Shown here: positions 9,756 to 19,205 of the stretch, one piece after another | How positions within the stretch are numbered: the stretch's first letter is position 1 | Layout of the letters: each line of letters opens with the position of its first letter | Source of the DNA: an uncultured bacterium | Lineage (GTDB): Bacteria > Krumholzibacteriota > Krumholzibacteriia > Krumholzibacteriales > Krumholzibacteriaceae | Direction: 5' to 3' | NCBI GenBank assembly: GCA_963786935.1 | Contig: CAWBAN010000001.1 | Coordinates: forward strand, 992,001-1,056,000 | DNA length: 64,000 bases | The notes under the pieces: generated by a model | What the model saw: only the letters and a program-made list of their open reading frames with translations | Databases searched by the model: none | What the model was told of the DNA's origin: nothing | Made by a program: the position numbers and the translations under genes

Positions 9756-11122
9756 TCTGTCTCCCCGCGGCCCGAAGCGCCCTCGCGCCGGGCCTCCGCG
9801 CTCCAGTGCCGGTCGAGCGCCGCGATCATTTCGGCGTTCTTCTCGAACGTCATGGAATCGAACCGGTAAAACTCCGGAAAGAGCCCCGGATAATTTTTCA
9901 CGAGACGCCGGACGTCCCCGGGGAGATTCGAGGGCTCGAACGGCTCGAGCGGCGAAGCGCCGCCCCCCTCGGGAAGATCCGCGAGCGACGAGCCGAACTC
10001 CCGATACAGCGGCGCGAGCGGAAATGGCGCGAGGCGATTGAGCCTCGTGTCGACGCCGATCCGCGCGAGGTATATCATCACGAGGAGCGTCTGCGCGAGA
10101 TCCTGCGGCGTCTCGAACGGAAAGCCCCAGATGAACGAGGCCACCGCCCCCATGTGCCGCCTCGTCCGATGCATCGCCTCGACGACCTCCGCCGCGGTGC
10201 AGTCTTTCTTGATCCGCGCGAGCACTGGGTCGGATCCCGATTCGACGCCGAAAAAGAGCCCCCCGCACCCGCATGCGGCCATCTCCGCGAGGAGCTCGTC
10301 GTCGACGAGGTTCACCCGTCCCGTGCACGACCACCGAACGCCGAGATCGCGCTTCCGCAGCGCCGCGCAGAACTCGAGAACCGCTTCCCTTCTGAGGACG
10401 AAGGTCTCGTCGGTGAATTCGAAATTCGTTTTCCCGTAGCGCCGCTTCAGGTATTCCATCTCGCCGATGATGCTCGCCGCGCCGCGGCGGTGATGCTTCC
10501 GTTCCCAGAGGGGCGCCACGTCGCAGAACGTGCAGCGATAGGGGCACCCGCGGGACGAAACGACGTTGATGAGCGCGTAATCGTCCATCGGAATGCGCTC
10601 GTACAGCGGCATCGGCAGCTCGTCGAGGTCGGCGATCCGCTCGCGCGGCGGATTCGACACGGCCTCCGTCCCCCACCGCCAGCTGATGCCCTTCACCCGC
10701 TCCAGATCGAGCATGCCGCCGTGCTCCACGGCGTCCATGAGCTCCCGCATCGTATACTCCCCCTCGCCGCGGACGACGATATCGACGAAGGGGAACGTTG
10801 CGATGATCTCATCGGCGACGCCCGTCGGGCCGGGTCCGCCCAGAATCACGGTCGAGCGGGGATGCGCCGCCTTGAATCGCTCGAGCGCCCCGAGTATGAA
10901 GGGGAGCGTGTCGCTCATGCATCCGACGCCGACGATCGCCTGCGCTCCCTCGAGAAAGGCGCAGAACGCTCCCGCGTTGAGCTCCCGGTACGACCGGACG
11001 GGAAAATCCCTCACGTCCGCGCGGTGCCCCGCGCGTTCGAGAACGGCGGCGATGGAGAGAATCCCCGCCGGCACCGTTCTCGGATGGGAGAACGAGACGT
11101 TCACCAGCGTGATGCCGCTCAT
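9752..11122 (-). CDS. Cobalamin-dependent radical SAM enzyme (class B methyltransferase-like) 2
   Basis: PAGILSI, ILGGPGPT, GEGE, SRGCPYRCTFC, GVESGS, WGFPFET; ATGA overlap with the TPR gene. Confidence 0.9.
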   Translation of the reverse strand: MSGITLVNVSFSHPRTVPAGILSIAAVLERAGHRADVRDFPVRSYRELNAGAFCAFLEGAQAIVGVGCMSDTLPFILGALERFKAAHPRSTVILGGPGPTGVADEIIATFPFVDIVVRGEGEYTMRELMDAVEHGGMLDLERVKGISWRWGTEAVSNPPRERIADLDELPMPLYERIPMDDYALINVVSSRGCPYRCTFCDVAPLWERKHHRRGAASIIGEMEYLKRRYGKTNFEFTDETFVLRREAVLEFCAALRKRDLGVRWSCTGRVNLVDDELLAEMAACGCGGLFFGVESGSDPVLARIKKDCTAAEVVEAMHRTRRHMGAVASFIWGFPFETPQDLAQTLLVMIYLARIGVDTRLNRLAPFPLAPLYREFGSSLADLPEGGGASPLEPFEPSNLPGDVRRLVKNYPGLFPEFYRFDSMTFEKNAEMIAALDRHWSAEARREGASGRGETE

Positions 11123-11937
11123 GACCCGCCCCCCGCCGCGCGCCCCTCGATCTCGAGCGCCCGGGCGTAATGCGCCGCCGCCTCGTCCTCCCGCCCCAAC
11201 CCCAGATGCGCGAGGGCGAGCCGGCGATGCGTCGCCGGGTGGACGGGCTCGATCGATATCGCCCGCTCGAGCACCTCGACGGCCGCTTCGAAGCGCTCGG
11301 CCTGCAGATGGCATGCGCCGAGGTTTCGCAGCGCGGACAGGAGCCCGGGCGACGTCTCGAGGGCCGCCTCGAACTCCCCCCGCGCTTCGTCGAGCTTTCC
11401 GGCCGCGAGCAGCGCCGCCCCGAGATTCACCCGGAGAGAGGGATCGAACGGCCGGTTCGCCCGCGCGCGGCGGAATTCCTCGGCCGCTTCCTCGAATCTG
11501 CCGAGATCGAGAAGCGTTCGCCCCAGATCCTGCCGCACGAGGTCGGAAAGCCCGCCGTCCCGATCCTCCGCGAGCGCCGCCCGGTATGCGTCGACGGCGC
11601 GCTCATTCTCGCCGAGCGCCCGGAACGCCCGGCCGAGCGCCCGCGCGATCCGCACGGTCCACACGAGGCTCGTGCGCGCCGCGTCGAGCTCCGCGGCCGC
11701 CTCGCGGTACCGGCCGAGCTCCGCGTAAACGATTCCGAGCCCGTAGCGGGCCGCGGCGCACTCCGGCGCGGCGCGGAGCGTTCGCTCGTAGAAGGCTCGC
11801 GCGCCCTCGCGATCTCCCATGACGGCGCTGACCACGCCGAGGGCGTAATCCGCGTCGGGAGATTCGCCCCGCGCCCCGAGCGTTTTCCTGAAGCGCGCTG
11901 CCGTTTCATCGAAGGCGTTCATGCGTGCATCGTACAC
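11119..11937 (-). CDS. Tetratricopeptide repeat protein
   Basis: Repeated TPR-like units (ARYGLGIVYAELGRYREAA; NLGAALLAAGKLDEA; NLGACHLQAERFEAA). Start uncertain (11937 or 11922). Confidence 0.85.
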   Translation of the reverse strand: MYDARMNAFDETAARFRKTLGARGESPDADYALGVVSAVMGDREGARAFYERTLRAAPECAAARYGLGIVYAELGRYREAAAELDAARTSLVWTVRIARALGRAFRALGENERAVDAYRAALAEDRDGGLSDLVRQDLGRTLLDLGRFEEAAEEFRRARANRPFDPSLRVNLGAALLAAGKLDEARGEFEAALETSPGLLSALRNLGACHLQAERFEAAVEVLERAISIEPVHPATHRRLALAHLGLGREDEAAAHYARALEIEGRAAGGGS

Positions 11938-12022
11938 GATTCGATTCGCGCCGTGGTGAACAAATTCGGAGCGCCCGGGGGTTGCAGCCGCCGTCCCGAT
12001 CGTACGCCGCGCAGGCGCCCGC

Positions 12023-13351
12023 TTACGTCCCCGGCCGGGCCTGCGCCGCGACCCGCCAGCCGGGCCGTCCCGCGAGATACGGCTCGACCTCCGCCGCGAT
12101 CTCGCGCGCGTCCAGCGCGAGATAGAACACGGGATCGAGCAGATTCGTGCGACCGTCGATCGCTCCCTCGTCCCTGGCGATCCGCTCGATTCTCGTTCCG
12201 GGACAGACGCGGATCCCGATGCTGAAAAGAACGTCAGGGACGTCCTCCGCGGCGAGAAACTCGAGCGTCTCCCGCACCGTGGCCCCGGTCTCGCCCGGCC
12301 CCCCGAATAGAACCCACGTCCCGAACGGGAGACGGTTGTCCTTCAGCGCGCGGATGGCCCGTTCCACGTCCGAAACGGCATAGCCTTTCCCCAGCGATTC
12401 GAGCATGGCGTCGCTTCCCGATTCGATGCTCAGATCGACCGTCGCACAGCGGGCGAGGCGCATGAGGAGCGCGAGCTCGTCGCTCAGGTGCGCCGGATTC
12501 GCCATGCACGACCAGCGGATCCTGCACGTGTCCCGCCGCGCGATGAGCTGCTCGCAGACCGCCGCGGCATGATCCGGCGGATAGTTGAACTGATTGTCGA
12601 CGACGTAGGCCTCGCGCACCCCGTCTCGCTCGTGGAGCTCCCGGAGCTCCTCAGCGACGTCTTCGGGCGGCCGGCAGCGCACCGCCGCGCCCTCGACGAT
12701 CGGATAGGTGCAGTAGATGCACCCGAACGGACAGCCCCGTTTCGTCTGGATGTTCGCCGTGCCTCCCGCCGCCCGATAGCGCGCGCCGTCGATGAGGTCG
12801 CGCGCGGGGCGCGGGTGTCCCTCGAGCGGATGGAACGCGGCGGGCGGCGCCGGCGGAGCGCTCTCCCCGGGCCGCGCGGTGACCACTCCCGGAACGTCGT
12901 CGTACGGCTCTCCCCGTTCGAGGCGTTCGAGGAGCAGCGGGAAGCTCCACTCCCCTTCCCCCGCGACGCCCGCGTCCGCTCCGGTGAACCGGAGCAGCTC
13001 GCGCGGCATCACGCTGAATCCCGATCCTCCGAGCACGATCGTCGCCGCCGCGCGCTCGCGGCATTCGTCGACGATCTCCCCGAGCTCCCCGACGAACGAC
13101 AGCGGATTGAAATACGCCATGAGGTCCACGTTGCGCAGCGAGATGCCGATGCAATCGGGCCGCGACCGCGCGATCGCGTCGCGCACCGCGGCGCGGCGAT
13201 CCTCCGCGAAGCACAGATCGACGAATTCGACCTCGCGCCCCGCGCGACGGAGGCTCGCCGCGACGTACGCGAGCCCCAGCGGCTCGACGGGAACCCACGG
13301 TACCCGGGCCGACGGTTTCAGGCTGTTGGACGAGATGAGGAGAACCCTCAC
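12023..13351 (-). CDS. Cobalamin-dependent radical SAM enzyme 1 (resembles the TsrM-like clade)
   Basis: PLGLAYVA, GISLRNVD, LGGSGFS, GEGE, TKRGCPFGCIYC, DNQFN, GGPGET. Confidence 0.88.
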   Translation of the reverse strand: MRVLLISSNSLKPSARVPWVPVEPLGLAYVAASLRRAGREVEFVDLCFAEDRRAAVRDAIARSRPDCIGISLRNVDLMAYFNPLSFVGELGEIVDECRERAAATIVLGGSGFSVMPRELLRFTGADAGVAGEGEWSFPLLLERLERGEPYDDVPGVVTARPGESAPPAPPAAFHPLEGHPRPARDLIDGARYRAAGGTANIQTKRGCPFGCIYCTYPIVEGAAVRCRPPEDVAEELRELHERDGVREAYVVDNQFNYPPDHAAAVCEQLIARRDTCRIRWSCMANPAHLSDELALLMRLARCATVDLSIESGSDAMLESLGKGYAVSDVERAIRALKDNRLPFGTWVLFGGPGETGATVRETLEFLAAEDVPDVLFSIGIRVCPGTRIERIARDEGAIDGRTNLLDPVFYLALDAREIAAEVEPYLAGRPGWRVAAQARPGT

Positions 13352-13352
13352 G

Positions 13353-15605
13353 TCACCACCACCAGAATTCCACCCGGATGAATCTGATGATCTTTCGCGT
13401 GAGGAGATCGATGAGGCTGCGCTTGCCGCAGTAGATTCTCGCCGCGCCCGTCATCCCCGGCTTGAGAACATACTGCGGATTGTCCACCTCCGCCGTGACG
13501 ATGAGAACGGTGCGGTTCATCCGATCGACCGCCACGGGCGGCACCGAAACGACCCGTCCGGGGAACGCCGCGGCCGGGAGCGAGCGCGCCTTGAGCTTGA
13601 CCGGCATCCCCTCGCGGACGTCGACGATGTCTTTCTCCGAAACCGGCATCTCGAGGAGCATCTTCCCGCAGCTGACGATCTCGCAGATCTCGTCGCCGAT
13701 CTCGAGAAACTCCTTGAGCCGGTCGCGCAGCCGGTGCGTCGAGACGATCCCCGCGAGCGGGCTCCGGATCTCGGCGCGCTCGATTTGCTGCGCGAGATAC
13801 GCCTGGGACGCCCGCAGGCGGTCCATCTCCGCCTCCGCCTCCCGTATCGTCTCGGGCCGGTTGCCGACGGCGAGGACGCGGAGATCTCCCTCGGACCGTT
13901 CGAGATCCTTGCGGCTCAGATCGAGCTCCTGCTGCGCCTTTTCGTACTCGTTCGGCGAGACGAGATTCTTCCGGTACAGTTCCCCGACGCGCTCGTATTC
14001 CTTTTCGGCGTAGGAGACCTGCATCTTCGAGCGCTCGACGACCTTCCGGAGCCGGTCGATTTCGATTTCGAGCGGCCCCTTCCTGAGCAGCGCGAGCTGC
14101 GCCGCTCCCTTCGCCATCTCCGCCTCGGTTTCCGCGAGCTGCGCGCGGTATTCGCGGTCGTCGATACGGGCGATCGTCTGGCCCGCGCGGACGGTGTCCC
14201 CCTCGTCGACGAGGATCTCGGAGAGGATCCCTTCGACCTCGGCGCGGATCGTCGCCCGGTCGTCGGGCAGCAGGATGAACCGCCCCGTGATTCTCAGATC
14301 CCATTTCGCGAACACGAGAACGAGAATGCAGGCGGCTCCGATGCCGAGGCCGATGGTCAGCCGTCTCCGTTTCATGCCGGGCCCCTTTCGTTCCGCTACG
14401 CTGCGGCGGATACCTATTGTCCACTTTTCGAGCGTCCCTGTAAAGAGAAGGATGAGGGCCGCGGCGAGCGCGAGGAGCCCCGCGCCGTGATAGCGCGACA
14501 CGACGAACGCGGCCGCCTTGAGCACGATGAACGCGATGAGCGCGAGCGAATAGACGACGGCGGCGATCCCGTACCAGAGGTACACCCGCTTCTCCGATTC
14601 GCTCGGACCGGCCTCGCGCGCCCCCCCGGCCCCCCGCCGGGGGATCAGCCGCGTCAGGAGATACGCGAAGGCCTTCCGGCGGAGATTCGGCATCTCGAGC
14701 CAATCGACGAGCATGTAGTATCCGTCCAGCTTGATGAGCGGATTCAGGCTGAAGAGCGCGGACACGCCCGACGTCACCATCACGAGCACCGAGAAATCGC
14801 TGAGGAACGTCTCCTGGTCGACGATCCGCCAGACGATCGCGGCGACCGCCCACATGAATATCTGGAAAAATATGCCGGCGAACGAAACCCAGATCCGCTT
14901 CCGCTTGTCCTCGAAGAGCCACGCGTCGCTCACGTTGCAGTAGAACGCGGGGAGCAGGTACATGAGGAGAAAACCCATCTCGGAAACGCGCCCCCCGTAG
15001 TGCGTGCAGAGGAGACCGTGCGCCGTCTCGTGAAGAACGACGACCATGACGACGGCGAGGAAGAGCGCCGGGATCGTCCCGAGGCGGAGGAGCCGCTGGG
15101 CCTGATCGGCGTAGTCCCCCCAGTTCGCCACGTTGATCCAGAGCGCTCCGATGGAAAGCAGGATCGTGACGAGCGCGAAGTATCGCGAGAAGAAGAACCG
15201 CATCCGCGGCGCGATGAACGAGAAAACGCGGTCGGGATCGACCGTCTTGAGCTTGATGTAGAGCCCTCTCCGCGAGCCCCGCTCCCCCGCGCCGCGCTGC
15301 GTCCGCGCGATCGCGGCGTCGCTCAGCCCTCGGTCGATGAGCCCGAGGGCGTCGAGGCGCCCGACGAACGCGTCGAGCTTCTCCCGCGGCAGCGATACGC
15401 CGAACGATTCCTGGAAACGGTCCCGGATGTCATCGGGCGAAGCGATGCCGTCGAGGGCGCGCGCGATGAAGTGCTCGGTCTCGCCGAAACGGAAGATCCG
15501 CCTCGTCACGGGGTCCTTGACGATGCAGACGCGCTCCCCCTTCTGCGTCATCTCGCTGATGACGAGCCCGGCTCGCAGCTTCGGATATTCGTTCGGCGCC
15601 GGCAT
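13353..15605 (-). CDS. Fusion of a PqqD/RRE-like N-terminal domain, an M50 (site-2, YydH-like) membrane peptidase and a HlyD-type membrane fusion domain
   Basis: N-terminal ~85-aa wHTH-like segment (VKDPVTRRIFRF...LDG...FVGRLDALGLI), HETAH zinc motif, NPLIKLDGYY, TM helices, then biotinyl-lipoyl-like VDEGDTVRAGQ, a coiled coil, IRSPLAGIV and LKPGMTG. Confidence 0.85.
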   Translation of the reverse strand: MPAPNEYPKLRAGLVISEMTQKGERVCIVKDPVTRRIFRFGETEHFIARALDGIASPDDIRDRFQESFGVSLPREKLDAFVGRLDALGLIDRGLSDAAIARTQRGAGERGSRRGLYIKLKTVDPDRVFSFIAPRMRFFFSRYFALVTILLSIGALWINVANWGDYADQAQRLLRLGTIPALFLAVVMVVVLHETAHGLLCTHYGGRVSEMGFLLMYLLPAFYCNVSDAWLFEDKRKRIWVSFAGIFFQIFMWAVAAIVWRIVDQETFLSDFSVLVMVTSGVSALFSLNPLIKLDGYYMLVDWLEMPNLRRKAFAYLLTRLIPRRGAGGAREAGPSESEKRVYLWYGIAAVVYSLALIAFIVLKAAAFVVSRYHGAGLLALAAALILLFTGTLEKWTIGIRRSVAERKGPGMKRRRLTIGLGIGAACILVLVFAKWDLRITGRFILLPDDRATIRAEVEGILSEILVDEGDTVRAGQTIARIDDREYRAQLAETEAEMAKGAAQLALLRKGPLEIEIDRLRKVVERSKMQVSYAEKEYERVGELYRKNLVSPNEYEKAQQELDLSRKDLERSEGDLRVLAVGNRPETIREAEAEMDRLRASQAYLAQQIERAEIRSPLAGIVSTHRLRDRLKEFLEIGDEICEIVSCGKMLLEMPVSEKDIVDVREGMPVKLKARSLPAAAFPGRVVSVPPVAVDRMNRTVLIVTAEVDNPQYVLKPGMTGAARIYCGKRSLIDLLTRKIIRFIRVEFWWW

Positions 15606-15617
15606 CGGGGGAATCGA

Positions 15618-16682
15618 TCAGATCCACTTTCTTCTGCGAAAATAAACGAGCATCGATACACCGATGGCGAGGATGACGAGCATGATCATCGGGTATCCGA
15701 ACCGCCACCCGAGCTCCGGCATGTACCGGAAGTTCATGCCGTAGATGCCGACGACGAAGGTGAGCGGGATGAAGATCGTCGCGATGATCGTCAGCACCTT
15801 CATGACCTCGTTGAGCCTCATGCTGAGGCTCGAGAGGTGGATGTCGATCATGTCCGTGACGAGGTCCCGGAACGATTCGATCGTCTCGATGATCTCGATC
15901 GTGTGCCCGTAGACGTTCCGTATGAAAATGAGCGTGTCCTTGCGCACGAGGGGGGACTCGACCCGCTCGAGGTTCGCGATCACCTCGCGGAGCGGCCAGA
16001 CCGCCTTGCGGAGCTCGATCATCTCGCTCTTGAGGTGGTGGATCGTCTTCAGGTTCTCGGCGGTCGGGTCGGCGACGAGGCGCTCCTGAACGTCCTCGAT
16101 ATGCTCTCCGAGCCACTCGAAGACGACGAAGTAGCCGTCGACGATGGCGTCGAGGAGCGAGTAGACGAGATAATCGGCCCCCGATCGCCGTATTTTGCCG
16201 GTCCCCTTGCGGATCCGGTCCCGCACGGGATCGAACACGTCGCCGATGTCCTCCTGGAACGAGATGACGAAGTACCGGCCGAGAACGAGGCTCACCTGCT
16301 CGACCTTCACCCGCTCGCGCGGCTCCTCGAAGTAGAGCATCTTGAGCGAGAGGAACACATACTCGTCGAAGTCGAGCATCTTCGGCCGCTGAACCGTATT
16401 GACGACGTCCTCGAGCGCGATCGGGTGAATGCCGTAACAGGCCCCGAGCTTCTCGACGATTTCGACGTCATGGACGCCATCAACGTTGATCCACGTGGTC
16501 GTCGGCCTGTCGCGGTACGGGAAGCACTCGTCGACGCTCCCGACGACCTTCTCACGGAATCCGTCGGCGTCGTAATCCATGACGGTGATCCGGACCTGCT
16601 CGACCTTCTTCTCGCCGACGTGGACGAGGGTGCCGGGCGCGAGCCCCGGCGGGCGGTGCAGCTTCCGCGTGAATCCGAGCAT
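15618..16682 (-). CDS. corA: Magnesium/cobalt transporter CorA
   Basis: PPGLAPGTL N-terminus, YGMNF-MPEL signature, two C-terminal TM helices. Confidence 0.95.
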   Translation of the reverse strand: MLGFTRKLHRPPGLAPGTLVHVGEKKVEQVRITVMDYDADGFREKVVGSVDECFPYRDRPTTTWINVDGVHDVEIVEKLGACYGIHPIALEDVVNTVQRPKMLDFDEYVFLSLKMLYFEEPRERVKVEQVSLVLGRYFVISFQEDIGDVFDPVRDRIRKGTGKIRRSGADYLVYSLLDAIVDGYFVVFEWLGEHIEDVQERLVADPTAENLKTIHHLKSEMIELRKAVWPLREVIANLERVESPLVRKDTLIFIRNVYGHTIEIIETIESFRDLVTDMIDIHLSSLSMRLNEVMKVLTIIATIFIPLTFVVGIYGMNFRYMPELGWRFGYPMIMLVILAIGVSMLVYFRRRKWI

Positions 16683-16694
16683 GCCCGGCCTCCG

Positions 16695-17549
16695 TCACTT
16701 CTCGTACGTGTAGAATCCCCGTCCCGTTTTCCGCCCGAGATACCCCGCGTCGACCATCTTCTTGAGAAGCGGGCACGCGCGGTACTTCGGATCGCCGAGC
16801 CCGCAGTAGAGCACGTTGAGAATGTTGAGGCAGATGTCGAGCCCGATGAGATCCGCCAACGCGAGCGGCCCGAGCGGATGGTTCATCCCGAGCTTCATCA
16901 CGTCGTCGATCGCCTCCCTCGTCGCGACTCCTTCCATGAGACAGAACGCCGCCTCGTTGATCATCGGCAGCAGCACGCGGTTCGAGACGAATCCCGGATA
17001 GTCGTTGACCTCGACGGGCGTCTTTTCGAGCTTCGTGCTGAGCTCGCAGATCGCCGCGGTCGTCGCGTCGCTCGTCGCGAGCCCCCTGATGATCTCGACG
17101 AGCTTCATGACCGGCACCGGATTCATGAAATGCATGCCGATGAAACGGTCGGGGCGCGACGTCTGCGCGGCGAGCGCCGTGATCGAGATCGACGACGTGT
17201 TGGACGAGAGGATCGCGTCCTTCCCGAGGAGCCCGTCGAGCTCCTTGAACACCTTCGTTTTCATCGCGAAATCCTCGAGGACCGCCTCGACGACGAGGTC
17301 GGCGCCCGCGGCGTCCTTGAGGTTCGTCGAGCCCGTGACGCGGCCGAGCACCTCGACCTTCACGGCGTCGCTGATCGCTTCCTTCTTGACGAGCCGCGCG
17401 AGGCTCTTTTCGATGGCGGCGATGCCCCGCTCGACGAACGAGTCCTTGATATCGATCATGACGACGGGGTACCCGTGGTGCGCGAACACCTGCGCGATGC
17501 CGTTCCCCATCGTGCCCGCGCCGATGACCGCGATTTTCTTCACTTCCAT
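16695..17549 (-). CDS. hbd: 3-hydroxybutyryl-CoA dehydrogenase
   Basis: [36 protein letters not shown]. Confidence 0.93.
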   Translation of the reverse strand: MEVKKIAVIGAGTMGNGIAQVFAHHGYPVVMIDIKDSFVERGIAAIEKSLARLVKKEAISDAVKVEVLGRVTGSTNLKDAAGADLVVEAVLEDFAMKTKVFKELDGLLGKDAILSSNTSSISITALAAQTSRPDRFIGMHFMNPVPVMKLVEIIRGLATSDATTAAICELSTKLEKTPVEVNDYPGFVSNRVLLPMINEAAFCLMEGVATREAIDDVMKLGMNHPLGPLALADLIGLDICLNILNVLYCGLGDPKYRACPLLKKMVDAGYLGRKTGRGFYTYEK

Positions 17550-17565
17550 GATGGTCAGTCCTCCC

Positions 17566-18747
17566 TTACAGCATCTCGACCGAGAGCGCGACCGCGTTGC
17601 CGCCGCCGAGGCAGAGCGAGGCGAGCCCGCGCCTGCCGTTGTTCTGCTTCAGCACGTGGAGCAGCGTCACGAGCACACGCGCCCCCGAACAGCCGATCGG
17701 ATGGCCGAGCGCCACGGCGCCGCCGTTCATGTTCACCTTGGCCGGATTCATCTTGAGCTCCTTCATGACCGCGCACGGCTGCACGGCGAAGGCCTCGTTG
17801 AGCTCGATCGCGTCGAAGTCATCGATCGTGAGCCCCACCTTGGCGAGGAGCTTCGGGATGGCCACCGTCGGGGCCATCATGACCCACTCGGGCTTCATGC
17901 CCCCGGTCGCGTAGCCCGTCACGCGCGCGATCGGCTTCACCTTGAGCTCCTTCAGCTTTTTCTCGGAGAGCAGCACCATCGCCGCCGCGCCGTCCGAGAT
18001 CTGGGAGGCGTTCGCCGCCGTGATCGTCCCCCCCTGCTTGAACGCGGGTTTCAGCTTCGCCATGCCCTCGATGCTCGAGTCGGCCCGGGGACCCTCGTCG
18101 CGATCGATGCGTATCGGCTCCCCCTTTTTCTGGGGGATCTCGACCGGCAGCATCTCGTCCCGGAATCTGCCCTTCTCGTGCGCCTCGACGGCCTTGCGGT
18201 GGCTGTTCACCGAGTACTCGTCCATCTCCTCGCGGGACACCTTGTATTTCTCCGAAACGAGCTCGGCCGTGTTTCCCATGTGGAAGTTGTTGTAGATGTC
18301 CCAGAGCCCGTCGAACACCATCGTGTCGACGATCGCGCCGTCGTTGAGGCGATAGCCGGTCCGCGCCTGCCGGAGGATGTACGGCGCCGCGCTCATGTTC
18401 TCCATGCCCCCCGCGACGATGATGTCGGCGTCCCCGAGCTTGATCGCCTGGGTGGCGAGCGACACGGCCTTGAGCCCGGAGCCGCACACCTTGTTCACCG
18501 TGAGCGCCCCCGCCTTTTCGGTCACGCCCCCGTAGATCGAGGCCTGCCGCGCCGGATTCTGCCCGAGCCCCGCCTGGATGACGTTCCCCATGATCACCTC
18601 TTCGACCTGGTCGGCGGGAACGCCCGCCCGCTTCAGGGCCTCCGCGACGACCATGGCTCCCAGCCTCGTGGCGGGGAACGACGAAAGACCACCCAGAAAC
18701 TTGCCGAGAGGCGTTCTCACGGCGCCGGCGATATAAACCTCGGACAT
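17566..18747 (-). CDS. Acetyl-CoA C-acetyltransferase (thiolase)
   Basis: [36 protein letters not shown] before ATG 18747. Confidence 0.95.
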   Translation of the reverse strand: MSEVYIAGAVRTPLGKFLGGLSSFPATRLGAMVVAEALKRAGVPADQVEEVIMGNVIQAGLGQNPARQASIYGGVTEKAGALTVNKVCGSGLKAVSLATQAIKLGDADIIVAGGMENMSAAPYILRQARTGYRLNDGAIVDTMVFDGLWDIYNNFHMGNTAELVSEKYKVSREEMDEYSVNSHRKAVEAHEKGRFRDEMLPVEIPQKKGEPIRIDRDEGPRADSSIEGMAKLKPAFKQGGTITAANASQISDGAAAMVLLSEKKLKELKVKPIARVTGYATGGMKPEWVMMAPTVAIPKLLAKVGLTIDDFDAIELNEAFAVQPCAVMKELKMNPAKVNMNGGAVALGHPIGCSGARVLVTLLHVLKQNNGRRGLASLCLGGGNAVALSVEML

Positions 18748-18767
18748 CGCTCCTCCTTCCGTTCGTT

Positions 18768-19169
18768 TCACGCGGTGTGCGCGCAGTTCTTCTCGATGAA
18801 TTCCACGATGAGTCTCGTGTCGGTCCCGGGGCCGAACACCTTCGCGACGCCGAGCGCCTCGAGCCTGCCGACGTCCTCCTCGGGAACGATCCCGCCCCCG
18901 ATGATCTTGATGTACGCGGCGCCTTTCTGCTTGAGCAGCTCCATGACCCGCGGGAACATCGTCATGTGCGCGCCCGAGAGAATGCTCATGCCGACGACGT
19001 CGACGTCCTCCTGGATCGCCGATTCCGCGATCATCTCGGGCGTCTGATGCAGCCCCGTGTAGATCACTTCCATGCCGGCGTCCCGGAGCGCGTTCGCCAC
19101 GACCTTGGCGCCGCGGTCATGGCCGTCGAGCCCCGGCTTCGCGATGAGCACCCTGATCTTTCGTGCCAT
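18768..19169 (-). CDS. icmB: Acyl-CoA mutase small, cobalamin-binding subunit (IcmB/McmB type)
   Basis: DGHDRG (DxHxxG), SILSGAH, GGGIVP. Confidence 0.88.
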   Translation of the reverse strand: MARKIRVLIAKPGLDGHDRGAKVVANALRDAGMEVIYTGLHQTPEMIAESAIQEDVDVVGMSILSGAHMTMFPRVMELLKQKGAAYIKIIGGGIVPEEDVGRLEALGVAKVFGPGTDTRLIVEFIEKNCAHTA

Positions 19170-19205
19170 TGCAGCACCCCCTGTGAAGCATCCGATGCGT
19201 ACGTT

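Noticed and set aside
12792..17756. 1654-aa plus-strand ORF (likewise 33490..37680, 38341..42639 and other long antisense ORFs)
   Set aside because: Shadow frames opposite well-supported genes in high-GC DNA; no motifs, Arg/Pro/Ala-rich composition.
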